Assembly: GCA_963740185.1 (NCBI GenBank)
Contig: CAVUDH010000015.1
Span: forward strand, 646-64,645
Direction: 5' to 3'
Length of the DNA: 64,000 bases
Source of the DNA: an uncultured Verrucomicrobiae bacterium
GTDB taxonomy: Bacteria > Verrucomicrobiota > Verrucomicrobiia > Chthoniobacterales > JAATET01
Made by a program: the position numbers and the translations under genes. The notes under the pieces are model-generated. The model did not search any database. It was given only the letters and a program-made list of their open reading frames with translations, and was not told where the DNA came from. Below, in pieces: positions 36,900 through 45,738 of the stretch (within the stretch, counting starts at the first letter, position 1; each line of letters opens with the position of its first letter).

Positions 36900-39195
36900 T
36901 CAAAATTCGTCGTAGACGATGTGATCCGGCGGGACGTCCAGCTCGGTCAGCATTTTTGTGCAGGCTTTGATCATCATCGGCGGCTCGCAGAGGTAATACT
37001 CGAGCGCTGCCGGGTTCGGGTGATTTTTCAGGTGTTCGCGCTGCACGACCTCGTGGATGAAACCGTTGTGGCCGGTCCAGTCGTCCTCGTCGAGAGGAGA
37101 CGAGAGGGCGATGTGAAACGCGAAGTTCGGATTTTCGGCGGCGAGCTCCTCGAAATATTCATCGTAGTAGATTTCCTGCCGCGACCGCGCGCCATACCAA
37201 AAACTTACTCGGCGCGGCGTCTTCTCCGTCTCCAGCAACCACGAGAGGTGCGCTCGCAGCGGAGCCATTCCCGCCCCTCCGCCAATGTAGACCATCTCAC
37301 GTTGCGTCGGCTTAACGTGAAAATCACCGAACGGTCCGAAGGCCGTCACGACGTCGCCGGGCCGGAGGTTGAACATCCAGGCCGAGCCAACGCCTGGCGC
37401 GCACTTCTGCCCCGGGGGCGGGGTGGCGATGCGGACGTTCAGTCGCACCGACGCCTCGTTCGCCTGGTTGCTGGCGAGCGAGTAGTTGTTGCGGCGAGTC
37501 GAATCGGGATTGTGCGCTACGTGGTCGAAGACGCGCTGCGTCCGCCAGACTTCGGCGTAGGGCTCCGGAATGTCGAAGTCGTGGAACTGGATCTCGTCGT
37601 AGGTCGGGATCTCGAATTGCAAATAATCGCCCGGCGTGAAGTCAACCTTGCCCCCGACCTCGAGCGGCTCGAGCACGAGCTCCTTGATAAACGTCGCGAC
37701 GCTGCGATTCGAGACCACGCTGAACCGATACGATTTCTCCTCGCGCGCCCCGGCGCCGCCCGCCTTCGTCGGATTGAGCCAGATGCGACCACCGCGCTCT
37801 TCGATCGGATACGTCGCGATGCCACGGCAGACCGGGACACGGGCGGGGGAGCCGTCGGCGAGGTTGAAGCGGCCGTTGTGCTTCGGGCATTCGATGATGC
37901 CGTCCTTCACGAGGCCGTTGGAGAGGTGCACGTTCCCGTGCGTGCAAATGCCATCCGTGGCGTGGAGGGTGCCTTCCTCGTCGCGGATAAGGGCGAAAGT
38001 CTTCTTTTGATAGTCGAATCGGATCACATCGGCCCGACTCAGATCGGCGGTGGCGCAAACCTCCATCCAGCCGTTGGCATCGGGCTCCGTCTGAGCGACC
38101 GGTGCACCGTGCGAAACGCGGGCGGAGCGGGAGGGAAGCGTGCGTTTGACGTGGTAAGCGGGATCTTTGACTTGACGCAACACGGCGGGCAGAATCTCGC
38201 GCCAAGCCGACAGAATCGACGGATACGGCGGCGGGCAGTCATCCTTGATGAGGCGGTGCATCTGCGGCAGCGCGTGGTAGGGCACGAGCGGGAACATGTG
38301 GTGCTCGAGGTGGTAGTTCATGTTCCAATACACGAATCGACTGAACGGATTCATGTAGACAGTGCGGCAGTTCAGCCGGTGATCGAGCACGTTCTCCGCG
38401 AGTCCCGCGTGCTGCGTGGTGTTGTGAACGATCATGAGCCATGTCCCGAAGAAGTGCGGGAGGATGAACAGAAAAATGGGAATCCAACTCTGCAGCGCGA
38501 CGGCGCTCGCGATGATGAGAAGATAGATGCCGACGATCACGCGGGCTTTCCAGAACACGCGGGGGAACTCGCTCTCGGGGAGAAACGTGCGCTCGTCCGG
38601 CGTCACCGCGCCCAGCGCGTGCCGGATCAGTCCAGGGAAATACGAACGGTACACTCCGATGGCCAGAAAACTCTGCAGGTGGGACGGGATGTCGGGTGGT
38701 CGTGAGACCTGAATCTCGGGATCGCGTCCCACGATGATTGTGTCGCTGTGGTGCCGCGTGTGGCTCCAGCGCCAGACGTCCGACTCGCGTAGGACCATGA
38801 ATGACGCGATCTCGTAGACCAGATTGTTCAGCCAATCGGTCTTGAAGGCCGTGCCGTGCCCGGCCTCGTGCCAGCGCGAATCCGACGCCGTCGCGTAGAG
38901 CACCGCGTAGAGCGCATACGGCGCAATCACCCACCACGTTCCCCAAAGAATGACCGTCGCCGCCGCCGTGATCCCGAGCAGCGAGAACCACAGGACGGTG
39001 TCGCGAATCGCCGGTGCCGTCGCGCCGCTCGAGCAGCGCTCGCAGCTTTTCGCGAGGGACATCGGTCTGATACCATTCCGCTTCGGCGAGGCCCATTTCG
39101 ATGGCCTTGGTCGCGTTCTTGCCCGTGAGTGAATAATCGAGCCGCTCGGGAGGATGTTGGAGGAGACTTGGGCCGTCGTGGGTTTCGGTGCTCAT
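36900..39195 (-). pseudogene. Fusion oxygenase: membrane fatty-acid-desaturase/hydroxylase-like di-iron domain + Rieske [2Fe-2S] ferredoxin + NqrF/FNR-type FAD/NAD(P)H reductase; single frame change near 39012
   Basis: His boxes WHEAGHG, SHTRHH, HNTTQH and NYHLEHH. Rieske motif CTHGNVHL-x-ECPKHNGRF. Reductase motifs RNNYSLAS (RxYS), GPFGDF, YIGGGAGMAPLR and YLCEPPMM. The N-terminal 60 codons (MSTETHDGPSLLQHPPERLDYSLTGKNATKAIEMGLAEAEWYQTDVPREKLRALLERRDG) are in another frame. Confidence 0.75.
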
Positions 39196-39293
39196 GGAAG
39201 GGCGAGGGTGAGGGGGAGAAAAGGGCAGGTTTTGCGCACCGTAAGGGTGAAAGTTAGCATTGCGTTACCAGATGGCAAACCGAAGCGATGCCG

Positions 39294-39325
39294 GATTTCC
39301 GCCAATCTGTTCTCGATTTCCGCCA
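39294..39325. promoter_or_regulatory. Perfect 11-bp direct repeat GATTTCCGCCA x2 spaced 21 bp (candidate AraC-type operator)
   Basis: Copies at 39294..39304 and 39315..39325, in the divergent region between the oxygenase (ATG 39195, minus) and the AraC-like gene (39333/39348, plus). Confidence 0.35.
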
Positions 39326-39332
39326 CCTTTGA

Positions 39333-40075
39333 TTGCAGAATTCGACCATGCCTTCGAGTTGGAACGGCTTCACCTACCCCTCGGTGACGGAGCGGGACGT
39401 GGAGCGGGAGATTTATCTAACGAGCGTGGGCCGGATCGCGTATGCGCCTGGCCAATCCTACCCGGCGCCCGGGCATCCACGCCGCTACCAATTCAAGCGC
39501 GGAGGCGCGCGGCGACTCAACGACTTCGCCGTCGTCTGGATCGAACAGGGGCGGGGCCACGTGGAATCCGACGCGACGGGACGACGGCCCTTCCCCGCCA
39601 ACAGCGCGTTGATCCTCCCGCCGGGCGCAGCGCACCACTATGAGCCCGACTCGAAGACGGGGTGGGTCGAGCGATGGATTTGCGCCAACGGGGCGTATCT
39701 GCACCGGCTGAGGACTGAGGGTGTTTTTCCGTCACGTCCGACGCTGCGGATTCTCACGCAGTGGGCGATGCTGAACGACGAATTCGACCGGCTGGGTGCC
39801 CTGGCCCGCGAGGGGTCGCTCCATGTCGCGGGACTCACGCTCGGCTGCCTGGCGCTCGCGCTCGGCCAGCACGAGGAACTCGACGCCGTCGCCGCGCCCA
39901 CCTCCGACCGACGGGACGCCGGAGGTCGCTGCGGCTCTGACGTTCATTCACGCTCATTGCCACCGCGAGTTGACCGTGGATGACGTCGCCCGCCACGTCG
40001 CGATTTCGCGGCGCTCGCTCGAGCGGCGGTTCGCCGAAGCGGGAACGGGCTCGGTCGCCCGGCAGACACGTTGCG
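39333..40075 (+). pseudogene. AraC-family regulator (cupin-like sensor + HTH); frameshifted near 39900 and truncated within the HTH domain
   Basis: Sensor part FAVVWIEQGRGHVESDATGRRPFPANSALILPPGAAHHYEPD. HTH part (other frame) ALTFIHAHCHRELTVDDVARHVAISRRSLERRFAEA. The second helix-turn-helix and the C-terminus are absent. Confidence 0.6.
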
Positions 40076-40747
40076 CGCCGTGTATTCCAGATAAGCCGCG
40101 CTCCAGGCAAAGAGAGCCACCCGGTCCATGTCGGCGGAATTGACCAGCCCGGGTCGGCGGTAACCGGCCCGCCGAGCCTGTTGGAGCGCAATCTGCATGT
40201 TCAGGTAATGGTTGGGCACCGCCCGATGAAACGATGGACGCCACAGCGCGTGCGATGCCGAGACCACGGTGTAGCGATTCCAGTCCAGCCGAAAATGCCC
40301 GCCCGGCCGCGCCCACGGCGTGATGAGGAGATTCGTGATGCCGCGCGCCCGGAGGACACGCTCAAGCTTTCGCCGCCGCGCCTTCCCCTTCCTCCACGAT
40401 CAGCCGATCCACCGTAAAACCCCGCTCGACCACCCGCCGCCGAGCACCCGCGACGACCCGGCCAAAATACCCGTCCTTACGCTCATCGTGATTGGGTGAG
40501 GCCGTTCCCAGGATCGCGATTGTTGAGTCGACGCGTTTCCGGCGGGGAAGTCGCAGGCGGGTCATCATGCGGCCAAGTTCAGGATCGGGTCGATAACCGG
40601 TTTCGCGAACCGCCGCCTCCACCCGAGCCCTTGTCGCTTCGGAAAAGCGGCCCCACCCCCCGCAGCACGTTCGATGCCGTCATTCGCGAACACCCCGCCG
40701 CAACGGCCACTTCCGTCAGACTCACGGACTCCCTTGGTGCTTTCATG
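40076..40747 (-). pseudogene. LacI-family regulator, at least 2 frame changes and 3'-truncated
   Basis: MKAPRESVSLTEVAVAAGCSRMTASNVLRG, ATRARVEAAVRETGYRPDPELGRMMTRLR, STIAILG..RGITNLLITPW..SASHALWRPSFHRAVPNHYLNMQIALQQARRAGYRRPGLV..WSAAYLEY. The sequence then becomes antisense of the AraC gene. Confidence 0.55.
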
Positions 40748-40748
40748 T

Positions 40749-40765
40749 TGATTTACGATAAATCA
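40749..40765. promoter_or_regulatory. Perfect 17-bp palindrome TGATTTA-CGA-TAAATCA (candidate LacI-type operator)
   Basis: It lies 2 nt upstream of the minus-strand ATG at 40747 and 84 nt upstream of the plus-strand ATG at 40849. Confidence 0.4.
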
Positions 40766-40848
40766 TTTTTCGTCCGCTGCCCAGCAATCCCAAGTTGTTG
40801 CGAAGGACGAAAAGAAGGACGTTGGTCGAAATCAACCCCCTCACCCGA

Positions 40849-42442
40849 ATGAAACATTCCCTCATCCTTCTCCTCACCGTCGCGGCGGTGACCGTTACCA
40901 CTTCCGCCCTTCGAGCCCAGAACATCATCGTGGGACACCAGTGCCGCCGCCGGTTACCAAAACGGCACCGGGACTTGGGGCGCTGACAATTTCTGGACCC
41001 CTCCGGCCGGAGCCGACTCAGGGACAACGCTCTCCGCCTGGACCCCCGGTGCCAGCGCGTGGTTCGGAGGCAATTCCTCCGTCGCAGCCACCCCAAATGG
41101 TGACTTCACCGTCACCGTTAGCGGCACCCAGAGCGCGGCGACCGTTCGTCAAATCGTCAATGGCGCCGGCAACTACACGCTCAACGGCGGCACCATCGAC
41201 CTCGGTGCCAGTGCCTCCGGCCTGCGATCCGACACCGGCACTTTCACCGTTAATTCAGTCGTCACCGGTACGGCGGGCACGGTTCAACTCAACACGGCGG
41301 GCGGCAATCTCGTCATCGGCGGCAACAATACGTTCACGGGACAGGCTGAAATCCGCGGCACTGCCGGAACGACCATTCAAATGACCAACGCCAACGCCCT
41401 TGGCGCCAACGCCAACGTTAATTTTTTCAACTCCAGCGTGACCCTCGACGTGAATGGCAACGACGTCACGAAGTCCGCCACCGTCGGAAATAACCAGACC
41501 GCCTTCATCGGCAACTCCAGCGCGACGGCGGCCACGTGGAGCGGAGGGCATCACTGCGGCAGCAGGCTCGGCGAACCTCCGGGCGGGCGGCACCGGATCG
41601 CAGCTCACCGTGAGTGGCAACATCGGGTCGTCCATCGAATCGGTCCAATCCCTCGAAAACGGCACACTGCGCCTTTCCGGCGTCAACGCCCATACCGGCA
41701 CCACCGTGGTTCGCCCGGGCGGCACTCTCGTCGTCAGCAACGCAGCCGCTCTCGGGACGACCGGCAGTGGCACGTTCGTGCAGGCCACCTCCACGCTCGA
41801 CCTCAACGGCTTCGACGTTGGCACCGAGGAGATCACGCTCCAGCAAGGAGCCGCCCGGCTCGTCAATGAAGGCGCATCGACCGCCACGGTCGGCGGTGAC
41901 GTTAACCTCATCGGCAGTAACCTCGAGATCGGCGGAGCCAATTCGACCATCGTCAACGGGAACGTCTCCGGAGCTTCCGGTTTCGAGAAAGTCGGCGCGG
42001 GCACCCTTACGTTCAACGGGACGAACACCTTCACAGGCGACGTCTCCGTGGCCGACGGCACCTTCACCCTCGGAGCCAGCGGCTCGATGAGTTTCGTTAT
42101 CGGCGTCTCCGGCACCAATAACCTGATGCAGTGGTGTCGGCACGACTCTCCTGAACGGCTGCTTTCGTCTTCGATCTCGGTAGCGCGGGCACCACGCCGG
42201 GCGACTCTTGGACAATCGTTGACGTTGGCTCGCTCGACGAGACCTTCGGCGGTACCTTCAATGTCGCCGGCTTCACCGACACCGGCGGCAACCAGTGGAC
42301 GCGCACCTTTGGCGGCGCGGATTACAACTTCAGCGAGAGCACCGGGATGTTGACGGTTGTCCCTGAGCCCGAAGTCTGGTCCCTGCTCGTTGCTGGCTTT
42401 GGTTTGCTCGTCATCCTCCGTCGCCGGGCCGTTCGAGCCTGA
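40849..42442 (+). pseudogene. Autotransporter-associated beta-strand-repeat protein with PEP-CTERM anchor; at least 4 frame changes
   Basis: Signal MKHSLILLLTVAAVTVTTSALRAQ. Repeats of the type GTLTFNGTNTFTGDVSVADGTFTLG, NTFTGQAEIRGTAGTTIQMTNANALG and LRLSGVNAHTGTTVVRPGGTLVVSNAAALG. C-terminus is LTVVPEPEVWSLLVAGFGLLVILRRRAVRA-stop 42442. Confidence 0.75.
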
Positions 42443-42476
42443 GACGAGTCGGGCTCTCACATCCTCCCCCAAAGCT

Positions 42477-43270
42477 ATGCGCCAGCCCTCGCAAATCCGT
42501 TGCGCCCGCGTGCCGACTCCACTCGGCGCTTTCACGCTCATCGAACTGCTCGTTGTCATCGGAATTATCGCCATTTTGGCCACCCTCATCGTCCCGGTCC
42601 TCGGGAGCATGCGGTCAGCGGCCCGAGACCTCGGAAAACGTCTCGCGCCTTCGGCAGAACGGGGTCGCGATCCACGCCTACGCTACCGAGCACCAGGGGC
42701 AGATCTTTTCGCTCTACGGCCCCACCCGGCGCTGGCCGGTCCTCGTCGCTCCCTACCTCGGAATCGCTTCCGAAGAACTCTCCAGCGTCGACGCCAACAA
42801 CCTCGTTTATTCCCAGAAGATGATCCGCAACGCCGAGAACGATTACATCACCGGGGAAATGCAGTCCGGTGAACGCGCGCCCGGTCCGGTCGGGACTTTC
42901 CTCCTCAATAAGTTCTTCACCCAGTATCCCAATAACCCCAACGGCGGCGTGAATCGGTGGAAGTTCATGCAGCTCGACCGCCCGTCCCAGACCCCGATGC
43001 TCGCGCTCTCGGCGTCGAATGCCGGCTGGTGGCTCAACGTCGAAACACTCAACAACGCAGCCACCGACCTTGGTTTCAAAGGACCGACCCACCCGCACGG
43101 CGCGCTTCCCGGGAAGGGCGGTCGAATGACCTACCTCATGTTCGACGGGTCGGCTCAGACCAAGCCGGCATTCTGGCCCTTCGGCGACCCCGAGTGGCCA
43201 ACTCCGTGGAAAGCCTTCCACCCGTCCGGCAACGACGCGCCCGACAGCATCACCGCCGCCGGCCCCGGTA
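42477..43270 (+). pseudogene. Prepilin-type N-terminal methylation domain protein (DUF1559-like); frame change near 42630, 3' end uncertain
   Basis: GAFTLIELLVVIGIIAILATLIVPVLG, then (other frame) NVSRLRQNGVAIHAYATEHQGQIF, ..GGRMTYLMFDGSAQTKPAFW. The only stop codons before the next gene are in a third frame (taa 43268). Confidence 0.7.
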
Positions 43271-43300
43271 AAACGGCATCTCCACCCCTACGCGTTTCTC

Positions 43301-43989
43301 ATGAACACCACCCGCCTTCTGCTCAAGACCCTCCTCGTCACGTACGGCACTCTGTCCGATCATCCGCGCCGCCGACGTCAGTTGGTCGCTCGACAGCGAA
43401 GTCCTGCGTCGACGGTCCCATCGGCCCCGTTCCCGCCCTGCAGAGCGAACCCGCCGGGCATCCGCTGATCTTCGGACGCAGCGGAGACGCACCTTCCCCG
43501 AAGCGCTTTTTTCCGGTCGCCGCCGACGGCGCGCTGCGATTCAGCGGCAAGGCGACCGCCTACGTCCCGGAGTTTTGGAAAAACCCGTCCGGCTTCACGG
43601 TCACCGTCGACGTCGAATTCGACGACGTTTCGACGGACCAAACCGTCGTCCTCGTCACCAACGTCTTCGATCTGCGACTGACCATCACCAACGGCGAGCC
43701 CGCGCTCACGCTCCACGCCATGCGCCCTCCGAAGCCCGCCGTCGCCGCACGGATCGACGGCATTGAGGCCGGACGCCTCTACCACGTCATCGCGTCGGTC
43801 TCCGACACCGGCGAGGTCTCGATCCACCTCGACGATGGCTCGACCGCCACCGCCGACCTCGAAGGCTCCTCCTCTCCGTGGGGCGCCTACCCCGACCTCT
43901 ACGTCGGCAGCGCCAACCCCGATAAGTTCTCCCGCCCGCTCCGCGGCTCCATTCACGCGCTTTCGATCTCGACCGGAACCGCCCAGTAA
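43301..43989 (+). pseudogene. Secreted LamG/concanavalin-like domain protein; about 2 frame changes in the first 100 nt
   Basis: MNTTRLLLKTLLVTYGTL (signal). Then RFSGKATAYVPEFWKNPSGFTVTVDVEFDDVSTDQTVVLVTNVFDLRLTITNGEPALTLHA..GRLYHVIASVSDTGEVSIHLDG..LYVGS..FSRPLRGSIHALSIS. Confidence 0.6.
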
Positions 43990-44014
43990 CACCCCCGCCG
44001 CGTCCCCGATCCGC

Positions 44015-45736
44015 ATGGCCCACCCCATCGTCGAATACGGCGTCATCGCCGCCTACCTCGTCCTAATGTTGGTCGTCGGCGTGGTATTCAAAAATTTCAA
44101 CAAAACCGCGGGCGACTACTTCCGCAGCGGCTGTCAGGGAACGTGGTGGATGGTCGGAATGAGTTCGTTCATGGCCGGGATCAGCGCGCTCACCTTCACG
44201 GGCAACGGCGGAGCGGCGTTCGAAGCGGGTTGGAGCGTCGTTGTGATTTACATCGCGAATTGCTGCGCGCTCCTGCTGCACGTGTTTTTCCTGGCGCCGT
44301 GGTTTCGACAGCTTCGCGTCACGACGTTCCCCGAGGCCGTGCGACTGCGCTTCGGCCCGCTCACGCAGCAGGTCTACGCCGGCATTTCGATCCTGCTCTT
44401 CGTCATCACCGGCGCGGTCTGGCTGTTCGGCCTCGCCATTTTCACCGCCAGCGCCTTCGGGTTGCCGATCCACCTCACCATCCCGGTGCTCGGACTGGTC
44501 GTGCTTTTCTACTCCACCACCGGCGGCAAGTGGGCCGTGATGGCGGCGGATTTTGTCCAGGGGCTCATCATGATGGCGATGACGCTGCTCCTGTCGCTGC
44601 TGTGCCTCATCCACTTCGGCGGCGTTGGCGGCATGCTCGCAGCCGTCGAAGAAGCCGGGCTCGGCGAGACCTTCGCCATGTTCAAAAGCGCGGATGCCTT
44701 CCCGCTCTCGAGCTACACGTGGCAGTGGGCACTGGCGGTCTTCGCCGTGCAGACCATCCTGCTCTGCTCGGCCCAGCAGGGCGTCAAATATTTCGCCGTC
44801 AAGGACGGGCGCGAGGCCCGCCGAGCCGCGCTGTTGACCATGATCCTCATGGCGCTCGGCTCGCTCATGTGGTTCATCCCGCCCATTGCGGCGCGCCTGC
44901 TCTTCGAGAACGAAGTGCTGGCCTCGGGAATGACGAAACCCGCCGAAGCCGCCTTCGCCATCGTCACCGTGAACCTTCTCCCCACGGGTCTCATCGGCAT
45001 GATGATCGTCGCCATGTTCTCCGCGACGATGAGTTCCATGGACGCGGGCCTCAACGGCAACGCCGCGATCTGCGTGCGCGACATCCTGCCGCCCATCTGC
45101 CGCTTCCTCGGCCGCGCGACACCCAGCGAGCAGGCCCAGGTGAACATCGGCCGCGTCGTCACCGTCGGCTTCGGCCTCATCGTCATTTGGCTCGCGCTAC
45201 GGCTTTCCCAGATGAAGGGCTCGGGTGTGTTCGAGTTCGTCATCGGCCTCGGCCCCATCCTCATCGTCCCGATGTCGATCCCGCTCCTGCTGTGTCTCTT
45301 CGTGCGGCGCGTTCCCGCGTGGGCCGCCATCGCGTCCATGGCGGTGACGCTCGTTCCATCGTGCCTCGCGATGTTCGCCGAGACGCCGTGGACCCTCGCA
45401 TCGAAAACGCTCTGGTCCGTCGTCACCGGCGTCGGCGTCTTTGCGCTTTCCGGCATTTTCTGGTCGCGCGCGAGCGCCGACTACCGTGCGCAGGTTGGGC
45501 AATTCTTTGACCTTATGCACCGACCGGTCGATTTCGCCGCAGAAGTCGGCGAATCCAACGACCGCACGCAACTCGTCATCCTGGGCCGGTTTGCGCTGGT
45601 GATCGGCGTCTTCATCGCGCTGCTGCTGCTCGTTCCGAATGATCCCACGGGTCGACTTTGCATCCTTGGCCTCGCTCTCTTTCTCGCCACCGTCGGTGCC
45701 GTGATGCTGCGGGCCGCCAGCCCTCGCCCGACTTAA
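44015..45736 (+). CDS. Sodium:solute symporter family (SSF) transporter, intact
   Basis: 574 aa, 13-14 TM helices. GDYFRSGCQGTWWMVGMSSFMAGISALTFTGNGGAAFEAGW, FYSTTGGKWAVMAADFVQG. Confidence 0.85.
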   Translation: MAHPIVEYGVIAAYLVLMLVVGVVFKNFNKTAGDYFRSGCQGTWWMVGMSSFMAGISALTFTGNGGAAFEAGWSVVVIYIANCCALLLHVFFLAPWFRQLRVTTFPEAVRLRFGPLTQQVYAGISILLFVITGAVWLFGLAIFTASAFGLPIHLTIPVLGLVVLFYSTTGGKWAVMAADFVQGLIMMAMTLLLSLLCLIHFGGVGGMLAAVEEAGLGETFAMFKSADAFPLSSYTWQWALAVFAVQTILLCSAQQGVKYFAVKDGREARRAALLTMILMALGSLMWFIPPIAARLLFENEVLASGMTKPAEAAFAIVTVNLLPTGLIGMMIVAMFSATMSSMDAGLNGNAAICVRDILPPICRFLGRATPSEQAQVNIGRVVTVGFGLIVIWLALRLSQMKGSGVFEFVIGLGPILIVPMSIPLLLCLFVRRVPAWAAIASMAVTLVPSCLAMFAETPWTLASKTLWSVVTGVGVFALSGIFWSRASADYRAQVGQFFDLMHRPVDFAAEVGESNDRTQLVILGRFALVIGVFIALLLLVPNDPTGRLCILGLALFLATVGAVMLRAASPRPT

Positions 45737-45738
45737 TC

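Noticed and set aside
36888-38705. 605-aa plus-strand ORF
   Set aside because: It is antisense to the oxygenase fusion, whose His boxes, Rieske and FNR motifs fix the coding strand as minus.
32237-40800. Mobile element or genomic island carrying the receptor-tonB block and the oxygenase
   Set aside because: The truncated genes at 36.5 kb and 40.07 kb indicate rearrangement. However, I found no integrase, transposase, tRNA attachment site or flanking direct repeats. A mobile-element call is not supported.
42553-43989. 478-aa ORF as a single pseudopilin-LamG fusion protein
   Set aside because: The linker region (43270..43400) translates to non-protein-like sequence in that frame. An ATG at 43301 with a signal-peptide-like start exists in another frame. 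The ORF is more likely two genes joined by indels, but a genuine fusion cannot be fully excluded.
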